Part shown: positions 36,178 through 45,940 of the stretch, in pieces
How the letters are laid out: every line of letters begins with the position of its first letter
How positions within the stretch are numbered: position 1 is the first letter of the stretch
IMG/VR virus record: IMGVR_UViG_3300044633_001982
Length of the DNA stretch: 64,000 bases
Strand: one strand, 5' to 3'
DNA from: a virus
Lineage: Duplodnaviria > Caudoviricetes
Notes under the pieces: model-generated
What the model saw: the letters and a program-made list of their open reading frames with translations, nothing else
What the model was told of the DNA's origin: nothing
Database searches by the model: none
Translations under genes and position numbers: made by a program

Positions 36178-36699
36178 ATGGAATATATACTTTTTGCTTT
36201 TGGGGATTACAAGGAAACTGAGCCTCACATTAAATTAATAATTGATTGTGTCTCACAAATATCTAAAAAAGACGTAAGGTACCAATATGGAGACGCTGGG
36301 ATAATAGTTAACTTTGAAACTTCATTGGATACTGATGGAATTAGTAAATTTTTTGAAGAATCAATAACTAAATTGACCGCAATGTTTTTTGTTTTTCCTG
36401 TAAATGATAATATGATTCTTTCTATGGATGAGGACATTCATAGTCATTTATTTGGTGAAACTGACAAAAAGTCAGACAATAAAGTCACAAATTTTACAAT
36501 TGATATGACTGACATACCTAAGTTTGGGGATAGTGATATCAGTGATTCTATGGAAAAACTGTTTAGTGTATTATTTAAACCACAGACAATACCTGTTGAA
36601 GTACCTACTTTGGACCAATTATTGGACAAGATAAATGAATCAGGTATTGACTCATTAACTGAAAACGAAATCAAATTATTAAATGAATACTCAAAATAA
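36178..36699 (+). CDS. Hypothetical protein with C-terminal DUF6576-like helix pair
   Basis: LDQLLDKINESGIDSLTENEIKLL matches the Bacteroidota LDKI...G..SLT..E...L motif. Confidence 0.6.
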   Translation: MEYILFAFGDYKETEPHIKLIIDCVSQISKKDVRYQYGDAGIIVNFETSLDTDGISKFFEESITKLTAMFFVFPVNDNMILSMDEDIHSHLFGETDKKSDNKVTNFTIDMTDIPKFGDSDISDSMEKLFSVLFKPQTIPVEVPTLDQLLDKINESGIDSLTENEIKLLNEYSK

Positions 36700-36706
36700 A
36701 TTAAAC

Positions 36707-37507
36707 ATGATAAATAAACAATCTGTAATTCCAATTAATCAAGACGAAGTTAGTTTTTACTTAAAAGACATTAGGAAAATTAAAGTGATGACACCTGAAA
36801 GAGAAAGGGAGTTATCAAAAATAATGCAATCTGAAAACATTTCAGAAAAACAAAAAGAGTCAATTAAGAAGGAAATTTTAGAAGGTAATTTACGTTTTGT
36901 CATTACAGTTGCAAAACAGTACCAAAATCAAGGAGTTGATTTTCCTGATTTGGTTGCGGAAGGTAATATTGGATTGATGAAAGCTCTGAATAATTTTGAT
37001 TGGTCTAAAAATTTAAGATTTATTTCTTACGCAGTTTGGTGGGTTAGACAATCAATTCTACAGTCTCTTAACGAACATTCACGAACTATTCGTATACCCG
37101 TTAACGTTGTTCAAGACCTACATAAAGAAAAAAAGAGAGTTGAAAAAACTGACGGTAGAATGGAGGATAAATTCGCCAACTTACCATACACTATTAACTT
37201 AGAGACTCAAATCAATGAAGAGGGGGATACTTTAATTGATTTGATTGAGAATAAGGATTCTATGAGACCTGACGAAGTATTCAATACTTCACAACAATTA
37301 CGAGATGGTTTAGTTAATATACTAAACATATTAGATGAAAGAGAAAAACAAATTGTTGAGGACTATTATGGAATTTCAGGTACACCTAGAACATTAGAGG
37401 ATATCGGTTCAGATTTCAATCTAACTAAAGAAAGAGTTAGACAGATTAAAGAAAAGGCTCTACGTAAGTTACGTAATGAGAGTTCATCGTTGTTCGATTA
37501 TATCTGA
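36707..37507 (+). CDS. rpoD: RNA polymerase sigma-70 factor resembling the Bacteroidota primary sigma (no region 1.1)
   Basis: NLRFVITVAKQYQNQG...EGNIGL...FISYAVWWVRQSI; region 4 TLEDIG..FNLTKERVRQIKEKALRKL. Confidence 0.92.
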   Translation: MINKQSVIPINQDEVSFYLKDIRKIKVMTPERERELSKIMQSENISEKQKESIKKEILEGNLRFVITVAKQYQNQGVDFPDLVAEGNIGLMKALNNFDWSKNLRFISYAVWWVRQSILQSLNEHSRTIRIPVNVVQDLHKEKKRVEKTDGRMEDKFANLPYTINLETQINEEGDTLIDLIENKDSMRPDEVFNTSQQLRDGLVNILNILDEREKQIVEDYYGISGTPRTLEDIGSDFNLTKERVRQIKEKALRKLRNESSSLFDYI

Positions 37508-37526
37508 TGAAGTATTTATTGTTTAT

Positions 37527-37534
37527 TATTTATA
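37527..37534 (+). promoter_or_regulatory. Putative late promoter motif TATTTATA (second copy TATTTAT at 37513)
   Basis: Upstream of the lipoprotein/membrane/amidase cluster. Confidence 0.5.
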
Positions 37535-37556
37535 TTTAAATTTTAAAAAAAAAGTT

Positions 37557-37835
37557 ATGGACAAAATTAAAAATTATCTTCCGATTACGACTTTTGTTTT
37601 AGTATTCTTAATTTTCATTAAAGGATGTGGAACAGGAAGTCAGGTTAAATCAACACAAAAAGATGTTGAAATTTTAAAAACTAAAGTAGATTCACTATCC
37701 AATATTTTGGTAACACAAGATGAGATGGTTAAGTTAATTAAAGAAACTCCAAATTGGAAAACTTTAGAGATTGAAGAATTATCTGACAAAAACAATGTGC
37801 CAATAAATCATTATAAGAATGAATTAGAAAAATGA
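37557..37835 (+). CDS. Lipoprotein with coiled coil (spanin-like candidate)
   Basis: Hydrophobic signal and lipobox-like FIKGC; ATG at 37557. Confidence 0.55.
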   Translation: MDKIKNYLPITTFVLVFLIFIKGCGTGSQVKSTQKDVEILKTKVDSLSNILVTQDEMVKLIKETPNWKTLEIEELSDKNNVPINHYKNELEK

Positions 37836-38698
37836 AAAATTGGTTAACTAAAAATCTAAAAAACATTATCGTAACTGCTTTTGTTATACCGATTTTACTT
37901 GTTGCCTTTGTTTCTATTTCCCATGTAACTTCTTTTTACGGGTTATCGAATCCATTTACTTGGGCAATTTATTTGTCTGTTGGTATTGAAATTGCTGCAT
38001 TGTCAGCACTTGCGGCTGTCTCTGTTAATATGGGTAGGTTTGTTTACTTACCCTTTTTTATTGTGACTCTAATACAAATGTTAGGTAACATATTTTTTTC
38101 ATTCACTTATATTGACGAAACAGGGCAATCGTTTAAAGATTGGATTGATATGACTGGAGGATTATTTGAGACTATGGGTGTTGAAAGAAACGATTTAAAT
38201 TCACATAAAACAATTTTATCTTTTTTGACCGGTGGATTATTACCAATAATATCTTTAACTTTCGCACATATGTTGGTTAAATTTAGTGAAAAAAATCAGT
38301 CAGTAGTTGAAGAAGTTAATGATAAAGTGGAGTTAACTACCGAGGATGCCCGTAAGATAATGGAGGAGAAAATTAAACAAGAAGAAGAAATAAGATATAA
38401 ACCAACAGAAGAGGACTTACAAAAATTAGAAAAGGTTATTAATGTTATTCATCACGAACCTGAAGAAGTATCCACAGAACCTATTAGACCATCTGATGAG
38501 GAGTTAGATAAGTTGCAAGATTTATTGAACCAAAAATATATGGGGCATATTGAAAATTCTACAACTACTGAAGATACTGAAACAATCTTGAATAATGATG
38601 AGAATAAAGAAATTACTTTGGAGGAAAACACAATAAACGATTCCTTAAATCCGCCAAGGTCTTTGAGATATGTCAACGATAGAATTTACGGTAGATAA
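37832..38698 (+). CDS. Multi-pass membrane protein (holin/spanin partner candidate)
   Basis: About four TM helices followed by an acidic soluble tail; sits between the lipoprotein and the amidase. Confidence 0.55.
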   Translation: MKNWLTKNLKNIIVTAFVIPILLVAFVSISHVTSFYGLSNPFTWAIYLSVGIEIAALSALAAVSVNMGRFVYLPFFIVTLIQMLGNIFFSFTYIDETGQSFKDWIDMTGGLFETMGVERNDLNSHKTILSFLTGGLLPIISLTFAHMLVKFSEKNQSVVEEVNDKVELTTEDARKIMEEKIKQEEEIRYKPTEEDLQKLEKVINVIHHEPEEVSTEPIRPSDEELDKLQDLLNQKYMGHIENSTTTEDTETILNNDENKEITLEENTINDSLNPPRSLRYVNDRIYGR

Positions 38699-39287
38699 GT
38701 ATGGTGTTTTCAAATCTCTTGGTACACACGATAAAAAGAACATAATATTATGTTCAACTAATAGGGATATTACAAATTATTTAATTAGTTTAAAATATCG
38801 GTATTTAAAAGAATACTCTAAAATCCCTCACTATATTATTACAAAAACCGGCACAGTGTTACAATTATTGAATAACACTGATGTCGGTTATTTTTTTCAA
38901 AACCCTGAAATAGATAATGAGAGTATTGTTGTTTGTTTAGAAAATTTAGGATGGTTTGAAAAAGAAGTACAAAATAATGGTTTCAAAGACTGCTTTGGTA
39001 ATATTTATAAAGAAGTAGAAGTTTTTGAAAAAAAATGGAGAGATAAACTTTATTGGGACGTTTTTACTGAACAACAAAAAAATGTTATTTATCCACTATT
39101 AGATAAAATTTGTACTGAAAATAACATAAAAAAAAGGTTTATTGGACATAATACTAAAGTAAAAGGGTTCAGTAAGTTTGAAGGTGTACTGATAAGAAGT
39201 AATATTAATCAGAGATATTTGGACTTAAACCCATCTTTTGATTGTGAATATTTAACAAAAAAATTTGATAATGATGAATTCATATAA
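38670..39287 (+). CDS. N-acetylmuramoyl-L-alanine amidase-like (Amidase_2) protein
   Basis: IPHYIITKTG.V.QL, SIVVCLEN, FTEQQ, IGHN, DLNPSF; the first Zn-ligand His appears replaced (IILCST). Confidence 0.7.
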   Translation: MSTIEFTVDKYGVFKSLGTHDKKNIILCSTNRDITNYLISLKYRYLKEYSKIPHYIITKTGTVLQLLNNTDVGYFFQNPEIDNESIVVCLENLGWFEKEVQNNGFKDCFGNIYKEVEVFEKKWRDKLYWDVFTEQQKNVIYPLLDKICTENNIKKRFIGHNTKVKGFSKFEGVLIRSNINQRYLDLNPSFDCEYLTKKFDNDEFI

Positions 39288-39876
39288 TGACATTAAAGAC
39301 CATTTAGCCAAAGTAAGACAGGCTCTTAGCTCTAATCAACAAAACATTAAAGAAAATAAAGATATTAAAAATCTCTATGTTATTAAAGAGGATTTTGAGG
39401 CGACAGGGGATATCACTAAGAAATACGATTTGGGTAAAACTATTGAAGATGAAATTGATGTGGACATTGATAGAGAAATCCCAAAAGATGAATACGACCA
39501 AGCTTATAGAATATCTGGAGGGGTATTAATCATTTACGGAAATAAAAAGTCTGATACCGAACTTACTAGTGAAGAGAAAACAGTATTTCAAGAAACTATG
39601 GATGAATTTGTAAGTGAAGTTTCTGATTTAACAAATTTTGGTCCATTACAAATATATTCAAATAATGTTGAGTGGTCAGGTAAAATTGTTGATTTTGATA
39701 TGACATTTAAATTTAGAATAGGTGAAAGTAACGGATTGTACATTACAGGGGACACATTACAGGTTGATGATAACTTTTTAAACACTATCACAAAATTACA
39801 AACCTATTACGAGAAATTTAAATCTAAGTGGGCTAAAGTGATAGCATCAAGAAAAAAGACAAGTGTAAAAAAGTAA
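39265..39876 (+). CDS. Hypothetical protein (head-associated candidate)
   Basis: 203-aa ORF; start uncertain among three Met codons. Confidence 0.6.
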   Translation: MIMMNSYNDIKDHLAKVRQALSSNQQNIKENKDIKNLYVIKEDFEATGDITKKYDLGKTIEDEIDVDIDREIPKDEYDQAYRISGGVLIIYGNKKSDTELTSEEKTVFQETMDEFVSEVSDLTNFGPLQIYSNNVEWSGKIVDFDMTFKFRIGESNGLYITGDTLQVDDNFLNTITKLQTYYEKFKSKWAKVIASRKKTSVKK

Positions 39877-39882
39877 TTAATT

Positions 39883-40128
39883 ATGGCTCTATCCCAAAGT
39901 GAAAAAAAAGAAATTGAAACTCTTGTAAAAAAAGAGATTAAAGACTTTTTAAATTCAAACACTCTTAGGCAGTTTGAAGATAAAATGTTAGATATGGTTG
40001 CTAAAGATTTAAAAAGAGGAAAACTAGAATCTGAGACCAAAGAAATTGTAATAAAAATATTCAAAGAGTTTTACCAATTGATGTGGACACAAAGGTCAAT
40101 GTGGGAACCAAGACTAAGAAGTGCTTAA
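39883..40128 (+). CDS. Hypothetical helical protein
   Basis: 81-aa ORF in operon. Confidence 0.6.
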   Translation: MALSQSEKKEIETLVKKEIKDFLNSNTLRQFEDKMLDMVAKDLKRGKLESETKEIVIKIFKEFYQLMWTQRSMWEPRLRSA

Positions 40129-40133
40129 AAAAA

Positions 40134-40997
40134 ATGGAAAACAAAATCGCAAGTAATTTTAAAAGTGAGTTAAACAAACAATTTGCAGCGGCTTCTGCCC
40201 AAAACTCCGATTTGAACTCAATTGAAGGTGTTAAAACTAAATCTGATTTCATCAGTTCAATAAAAGAGAAGAAAGGTGAAACTAATGAAAAATGGTCTGA
40301 GAAGTACAAAAAAAGTATAGACTGTAACAACCCTAAAGGTTTTAGTCAAAAAGCTCATTGCCAAGGTAAGAAAAAGAAAAGTGAGAATAAAGAGGCGGCA
40401 TCTTCAGGAGGTGCAGGTGCTTTTGTTACCGCACTGTCAGGTAAAGTACAAGAAAATATTACTGAAGCTGAAAGAACTATTATGGCTAAATTAAGAGACT
40501 TATCTAAAAAGTACGCTAAAGAAAAAAATGACTCACCATCGAAAGAACAAATAGAAAAAATTTATCAAGATTTAAAAAAACAATTTAACAAAGGTGTTAA
40601 TGTTGAAAAAGAACATAAATCTGCGGACCCTAAACTCATAACCTTAGACCACTTATCAGAGGACCCAAAGTATTATGATAAGTTAGAAAAGGTTGAAGCT
40701 AAAGAGGCGACTAGTTCATTTTCTTCAGGTTCATATGAAACACCATCATTTTTAGCAAAATCCATGAGTCCAAAAAAGTGGAGAGGTAGAAGTAAAACAC
40801 AGATTCCTGGAGGTAAATTTGTTGAGGTTAAAAAAAAATGTAAGAAATTTCCTTACTGTAATCAAGGAGATATTAATGCGCTTACTTTAACTGAAAATAG
40901 TACAATAAAAAATATTATTAAAAAATTGGCAAAAGAATTTGGAGTTAACGAGTCAATTATAAAAAAAATTATAATTAGAGAATACTCTAAAAACTAA
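40134..40997 (+). CDS. Basic, probably head-associated protein with DUF5661-like motif
   Basis: EKEH...ITLDHLSEDPKYYDKL (DUF5661-like) and KWSEKYKKSIDCNNPKGFSQKAHC motif; ATG at 40134. Confidence 0.55.
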   Translation: MENKIASNFKSELNKQFAAASAQNSDLNSIEGVKTKSDFISSIKEKKGETNEKWSEKYKKSIDCNNPKGFSQKAHCQGKKKKSENKEAASSGGAGAFVTALSGKVQENITEAERTIMAKLRDLSKKYAKEKNDSPSKEQIEKIYQDLKKQFNKGVNVEKEHKSADPKLITLDHLSEDPKYYDKLEKVEAKEATSSFSSGSYETPSFLAKSMSPKKWRGRSKTQIPGGKFVEVKKKCKKFPYCNQGDINALTLTENSTIKNIIKKLAKEFGVNESIIKKIIIREYSKN

Positions 40998-41014
40998 AAA
41001 GCTAATTATTGTGG

Positions 41015-41022
41015 TATTTATA
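41015..41022 (+). promoter_or_regulatory. Putative late promoter motif TATTTATA
   Basis: 4 nt before the ATG at 41027. Confidence 0.55.
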
Positions 41023-41026
41023 TAGT

Positions 41027-42505
41027 ATGAATAAGAAAACTATCATAGATAAAATTTTGAATGAGTCAATCGATGACAAAATTAATGAATTGACATCAAG
41101 ACTTGAAGAAAAAATTAATATTTTAGAAGTTGATGCTTATGATTTAGAATATGAACAGACATATGTTTTTGATAGTGTTAATGGAAAACCTAAAAGAGTA
41201 ATTTTTAAAGGTAGAGGTAGAAAAGGTAGGAGTGATTCTGAAACCCAAACTTATCATTTTGAAGATGATAGAGGTAACGATATAATGTTATCAAAAAAAG
41301 GAGTGTTGAATAAAATAAAAAATGTAGATAAAGAAATGAAAAAAGAAAATGACGAGTTTACCGAGGGTAATGCTTTCACAAAAAAATTGAAAGATACCAA
41401 AAAAGGTGGTGAATTTAAAATTGGAAATAAAACTTATGTTGACAAATCAGAATTAGAAGAAAAACTATATGGTGGTCAAAAAAAGTTAGACAAAAATAAC
41501 AATAATAAAATTGACTCTGAGGATTTTAAAATGTTAAGAAAGCATAATAAATCTGAAATTGAAGAGTTAGGTGGTATGGATGATGTACACCCAAGATTTG
41601 GAAAGAAAAATTTTGGAAAAATGAGTTATGATGAGATAATTGGTCTTTTAACTCAAAAATTGGAAGATGATGAGGATGAAAGTGGGACGAAAACCAATAA
41701 TAGTGACCGTTTGGAAGAAGCTAAAAAATTTATTCAGAAAGCGGTAAATAAAATGGGAAAGAAAGGTACCTCAGGTGCTAAAAATGAGTCAATTATGTAT
41801 AAATTAGCATTAACTGAAAACACAACAATGGATTTAACTGAAGATGAGTTGATTGATATGATTGAGGAATTAGTTATTGAAGCGAAAGAAAATGAAAAGT
41901 TTTCAGGTAAGGCTAAAGGTACAGTTGAATATGAAAGAATTTCAAAATTGAATAAGAAAGAAAATAGTGACGCGTTAAAAGACGTAGATAAAAAAATGAG
42001 AGAATATCTCAAAGATGGTTCAAAGGGACAGTACAATACAAACCCTAAATTTTTTCCAAAAAATAACGGACAATTGGCTAAAATGGATAAAAAGGCTTAT
42101 ATCCCTTCCGATGCGGTTAATGATTATGTGGACAATTTAACGGCTGCGGCACTTGAAAACATTGATTATGATGGAATAAATCCTGACGAGAAATGGGTAA
42201 CTGATAATATTGAAGGTTCTTCAAGAACTGGTAACAATCCAGGATGGGCGAACACAGGAGAATCCGATGTTAACAAAAAAAGAAATAAGATTAGAAAAGA
42301 TAATTTGTTATCTAAAATTAAAAGAAAGGCTTATAATAAATCCGCTCAACCAATTGTTAAAGATTCTTCAGGTGAACAAACGGATAAGGCAAGTAAATTA
42401 ATGATGAAGTTAGAGTCAACTTTTGAAAAAGAACAAAATAATTTAATTAGTGAAGAGTTCAGTAAAATTATGAACCTTATGAGTTACAATAAAAAAACTC
42501 AATAA
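41027..42505 (+). CDS. Probable prohead core/internal head protein
   Basis: Charged, many (I/L)xE sites, EF-hand-like LDKNNNNKIDSEDF; ATG at 41027. Confidence 0.5.
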   Translation: MNKKTIIDKILNESIDDKINELTSRLEEKINILEVDAYDLEYEQTYVFDSVNGKPKRVIFKGRGRKGRSDSETQTYHFEDDRGNDIMLSKKGVLNKIKNVDKEMKKENDEFTEGNAFTKKLKDTKKGGEFKIGNKTYVDKSELEEKLYGGQKKLDKNNNNKIDSEDFKMLRKHNKSEIEELGGMDDVHPRFGKKNFGKMSYDEIIGLLTQKLEDDEDESGTKTNNSDRLEEAKKFIQKAVNKMGKKGTSGAKNESIMYKLALTENTTMDLTEDELIDMIEELVIEAKENEKFSGKAKGTVEYERISKLNKKENSDALKDVDKKMREYLKDGSKGQYNTNPKFFPKNNGQLAKMDKKAYIPSDAVNDYVDNLTAAALENIDYDGINPDEKWVTDNIEGSSRTGNNPGWANTGESDVNKKRNKIRKDNLLSKIKRKAYNKSAQPIVKDSSGEQTDKASKLMMKLESTFEKEQNNLISEEFSKIMNLMSYNKKTQ

Positions 42506-42550
42506 CATACACGATTTATTAAATCTTATTATATTCTCCATAGTATCCCT

Positions 42551-43030
42551 ATGGAGAATTTTTTTAACTACATATCAAAACCAGTTACTGAAGACGAGTT
42601 TAGTCTTTGGTATGAATCTAATAATATAATTTTTGAAAGGCTCGAAGTCTATCAGGATTTTGTTGTTTCATTAGTCCTTATGATTATGGATACGTACTTA
42701 GGGGATGATGGAGATGAGAACGCAGAAACTAAAATTAGGTTAACCAAAGATGAAAAAGACGACCATTTTGAATGGTGTTGGAATAAAGTGGTTAATAACT
42801 TCTCAAAGGAAAACATCATGATAGAACAAGATGGAGAACACAAGGTATTCCTTAAAGACTTCATATTTGAAATCTATTACGAACAAAAAAATAAATACAT
42901 CAAAGATTCAATGATTAAGTTTTTTCAAGATGTATTTAAACTTGGAACGGTAATAACTAAATCCGACTTAGATTTAATAACAACAATTTATAAAACATTT
43001 AATCGAAGTACTAAATTTAGATTTACATAA
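42551..43030 (+). CDS. Hypothetical protein
   Basis: 159-aa ORF. Confidence 0.65.
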   Translation: MENFFNYISKPVTEDEFSLWYESNNIIFERLEVYQDFVVSLVLMIMDTYLGDDGDENAETKIRLTKDEKDDHFEWCWNKVVNNFSKENIMIEQDGEHKVFLKDFIFEIYYEQKNKYIKDSMIKFFQDVFKLGTVITKSDLDLITTIYKTFNRSTKFRFT

Positions 43031-43066
43031 ACAAAAAAAATAGTATTTTTTTAAAAAAATAAACTT

Positions 43067-43246
43067 ATGGAAACAACTATTGAAAAAATCAAAGCTTTAA
43101 CAGAGTCTCTTTCAGGTGATGTCACTAAATTCAATAACGGGAATAATAGTGCTGGGACTAGAGCTAGAAAAACATCACAAGAATTAAAATCATTATTACA
43201 AACTTTAAGAGGTGAAATTCTTGAAAAAAGAAAAGAAGAAAAATAA
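43067..43246 (+). CDS. Histone H1-like Hc1-family nucleoid protein (59 aa; not in ORF track)
   Basis: METTIEKIKALTESLSGDVTKFNNGNNSAGTRARKTSQELKSLLQTLRGEILEKRKEEK; GN.SAGTRARK...EL..LL...R is the Hc1 core motif. Confidence 0.82.
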   Translation: METTIEKIKALTESLSGDVTKFNNGNNSAGTRARKTSQELKSLLQTLRGEILEKRKEEK

Positions 43247-43248
43247 TA

Positions 43249-43431
43249 ATGGATTTTAATATTTTGTATAAGTTCTTTTGGGTATTTTCACTCTTGTATA
43301 GTGGAACGTTTTTAATACGATTTATATTTTCGATTTTTAAAACAGTTCCTGAAAAAATACAAGTGGGTTATTGGGAAAGAATTTTTCTTTACATTAATAT
43401 TTCTTACTTTATAACTTATTTAATAAAATGA
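43249..43431 (+). CDS. Small two-TM membrane protein
   Basis: 60 aa, two hydrophobic segments. Confidence 0.6.
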   Translation: MDFNILYKFFWVFSLLYSGTFLIRFIFSIFKTVPEKIQVGYWERIFLYINISYFITYLIK

Positions 43432-43871
43432 AAATGTTTGATTACTTAAAAAAAATTGGACCTTATTTCTTTCAGTTAAGAAAATTGGAAGACTATTTGG
43501 TTTTTGATGTTTTATTTCCTAGTTCTTGGAAATTACCCAAAAGATTTATACAAGAAGATAAATTTATTAATAATGGTGAAACTGATAAAGAAGAATTATC
43601 ATTATCATTTATTACTGATTTTACCGAAAGTGGGGTTGATTTAATGTACCAAAATATTATTGGTATTATTAATTTTAATATTGAAAGAGAGGAAAAAGAA
43701 AGATTACTTGATGAAAAAATTGGTGAATTAAAAAAATTGTTTGATTCACAAAAATTAGAAAACTTAAAAGAATTAAAGTTTGACATTAACCAATTTAAAG
43801 AACCTGTAAATGAAACACTCAAACGTGGAAACAGAACTAAATCTACTTCAGAAATCACAACTGAAGAATGA
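43428..43871 (+). CDS. Hypothetical protein
   Basis: 147 aa, ATGA overlap with the upstream gene. Confidence 0.65.
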   Translation: MKMFDYLKKIGPYFFQLRKLEDYLVFDVLFPSSWKLPKRFIQEDKFINNGETDKEELSLSFITDFTESGVDLMYQNIIGIINFNIEREEKERLLDEKIGELKKLFDSQKLENLKELKFDINQFKEPVNETLKRGNRTKSTSEITTEE

Positions 43872-43995
43872 GTTAGATATTGAAAATTATAAAAGTAGTT
43901 TAATACAAGAGATTAAAACTCTAAAAAAAGAAGATATAGTTAAAACAGAGAAACTTACATTATGGAGGAGAATCAAGATAATATTGGGTTTGTAG
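43810..43995 (+). CDS. Small hypothetical protein
   Basis: 61 aa; overlaps both neighbours. Confidence 0.5.
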   Translation: MKHSNVETELNLLQKSQLKNELDIENYKSSLIQEIKTLKKEDIVKTEKLTLWRRIKIILGL

Positions 43996-44183
43996 AGAAA
44001 TTAGCACTTATTGCGGATGCTTGTGAAAGTCTAATACCGGTACAATCCAATATATTATTTGAGTTAAATGATGAGAATTATAAAAAAGTTTGTAAAGAAG
44101 TCGGATTTAACAAAGAAGATTCTGAATTAAAAGTAGATGTTGGAATGACTTCTTTTATTTTTATTCGCGAGGGTGAGTTGTAG
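43962..44183 (+). CDS. Small hypothetical protein
   Basis: 73 aa; start uncertain. Confidence 0.5.
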   Translation: MEENQDNIGFVEKLALIADACESLIPVQSNILFELNDENYKKVCKEVGFNKEDSELKVDVGMTSFIFIREGEL

Positions 44184-44790
44184 TTTTCCTATACAACATC
44201 TTTTTATTAAACCCATAATCTTCTAATAATTTATAAAGATATTTTCTCTGCTCAATTGAAAAATCTATAGAAATCAGGTACGGTTTCTTTTTTTCATTTG
44301 AAAGTATATTAATTATTCTTTCACTGTCATCTTCATTTTTTAATGAAAATAGTTCAATCAATTCATTATTTTGAATAATAATTTTGTTATTAAGTTTTGA
44401 AATTAAACTTATCTCTTTTTTATTTATTATTGAGTTGTAAAACTCATCATATGATATCTTTTTATTTCTTTTGATATCAAATAAAAAATCTTCATTTAAA
44501 TAATCATTTAGTTTAATGATTTCGAAATCTGATGATGTGATTGATACATTTCGACCAAACTTGTCCGTGAAGAAAAATTTACTATTTAAATTTAAATCTT
44601 CAAAAATCAAACCAATCATATAAGAACACCGTTTACCATTTTCAAATTCTTTATTAAATTTAATAAGTGAATTTTTATTTAACAAATCACTAAAATAAGA
44701 TAATGCTCGTTGTTTAGTTACAAAACTTTTGACAACCTTCTTTTTCTTATTATTTTTAAAAATAACTACTTTGAATTTTTTTTGATTCAT
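44161..44790 (-). CDS. Basic hypothetical protein
   Basis: 209 aa; TATTTAT motif on the minus strand at 44800-44806. Confidence 0.65.
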   Translation of the reverse strand: MNQKKFKVVIFKNNKKKKVVKSFVTKQRALSYFSDLLNKNSLIKFNKEFENGKRCSYMIGLIFEDLNLNSKFFFTDKFGRNVSITSSDFEIIKLNDYLNEDFLFDIKRNKKISYDEFYNSIINKKEISLISKLNNKIIIQNNELIELFSLKNEDDSERIINILSNEKKKPYLISIDFSIEQRKYLYKLLEDYGFNKKMLYRKTTTHPRE

Positions 44791-44830
44791 ATGTAAAGAA
44801 TAAATATTAATTTCAAATTTTGAACATAAT

Positions 44831-45760
44831 ATGGAGAATTATTATAATGTTTTAGGAGTTTCAGAAAATTCCACACAAGAAGATATTAAAAAGGCTTATA
44901 AAAAATTAGCAGTACAACACCATCCTGATAAAGGTGGGAATGAGGAAACATTTAAAAAAATTTCCGAAGCGTATGAGACCTTAGGTGACTCTGAAAAAAA
45001 ACAACAGTATGATTCACAGAGAAACAATCCATTTGGTGGTGGAGGGGATGGTTTTGACCCATTCAGTATGTTTTCAAATATGTTTAATAACATGGGGGGA
45101 GCTCAAAGAAAAAATCCCGATAAAATTGTTAATTTAAAAGTTGGTATTTTTGAGGCGTATAAAGGTGGAAGAAAAAAAGTTAACTATATGAGACATGACA
45201 AATGTGATGTTTGTTATGGTACTGGTGGGGACAAAGAAAACTGTAAATCGTGTCAGGGACAAGGGTTTTTCATACAGAGAGTTGGGAATGGATTTTTCCA
45301 AACTGTACATAAAACTACTTGTCAGGCTTGTAACGGTAAAGGTTTTAAATACACTAAGGCTTGTTATTCTTGTAATGGTAATACAACTATGGTAAAAATG
45401 CAAAACATCGATATTGAGTTACCAAGTGGAGTTGATGACGGTACTTTCTTTAAATCACATGGAGGTGGTGACTATGCTAATGGTTCATACGGTGATTTAT
45501 TATTTAAAGTTGAGGTTGTCCCTGAAAATAACTTCGAGAAAATAGGACCTGATTTAGTTTATAACTATGATTTTACTATCGAAAATCTTAACGATGATAA
45601 AATTACCATTCCACATCCTAACGGAAATTTACAAATTGATTTTCCGATTGATTTAGAAACAAAAAAACCTTTACGGGTTAAAGGTAAAGGTTTTTACAGA
45701 GAAGTTAGTGACTTGTATATAAAATTTAATTTTAAATACAAAAAATTAAAAGAAGGATAA
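44831..45760 (+). CDS. dnaJ: DnaJ (Hsp40) co-chaperone, full type I architecture
   Basis: J-domain with HPD, G/F-rich linker, four CxxCxG motifs, C-terminal substrate-binding domain. Confidence 0.93.
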   Translation: MENYYNVLGVSENSTQEDIKKAYKKLAVQHHPDKGGNEETFKKISEAYETLGDSEKKQQYDSQRNNPFGGGGDGFDPFSMFSNMFNNMGGAQRKNPDKIVNLKVGIFEAYKGGRKKVNYMRHDKCDVCYGTGGDKENCKSCQGQGFFIQRVGNGFFQTVHKTTCQACNGKGFKYTKACYSCNGNTTMVKMQNIDIELPSGVDDGTFFKSHGGGDYANGSYGDLLFKVEVVPENNFEKIGPDLVYNYDFTIENLNDDKITIPHPNGNLQIDFPIDLETKKPLRVKGKGFYREVSDLYIKFNFKYKKLKEG

Positions 45761-45889
45761 AATCCATTTTGTACATTCAACACAACCCCATATAAACATG
45801 GATAAACTGAATAATTGAAACATTATTAACCATGGTTTATAATCGTTGATTTTTGCACATGCTTTACATTTTGGAGTATTTTGTATCAT
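45746..45889 (-). CDS. 47-aa membrane micropeptide with two CxxC motifs (not in ORF track)
   Basis: [47 protein letters not shown]; TATTTAT motif on the minus strand at 45933-45939. Confidence 0.5.
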   Translation of the reverse strand: MIQNTPKCKACAKINDYKPWLIMFQLFSLSMFIWGCVECTKWILSFF

Positions 45890-45940
45890 AACTTATTATT
45901 TTTAATTTAATAATAAAAAGTTTAATTAAATAATAAATAT

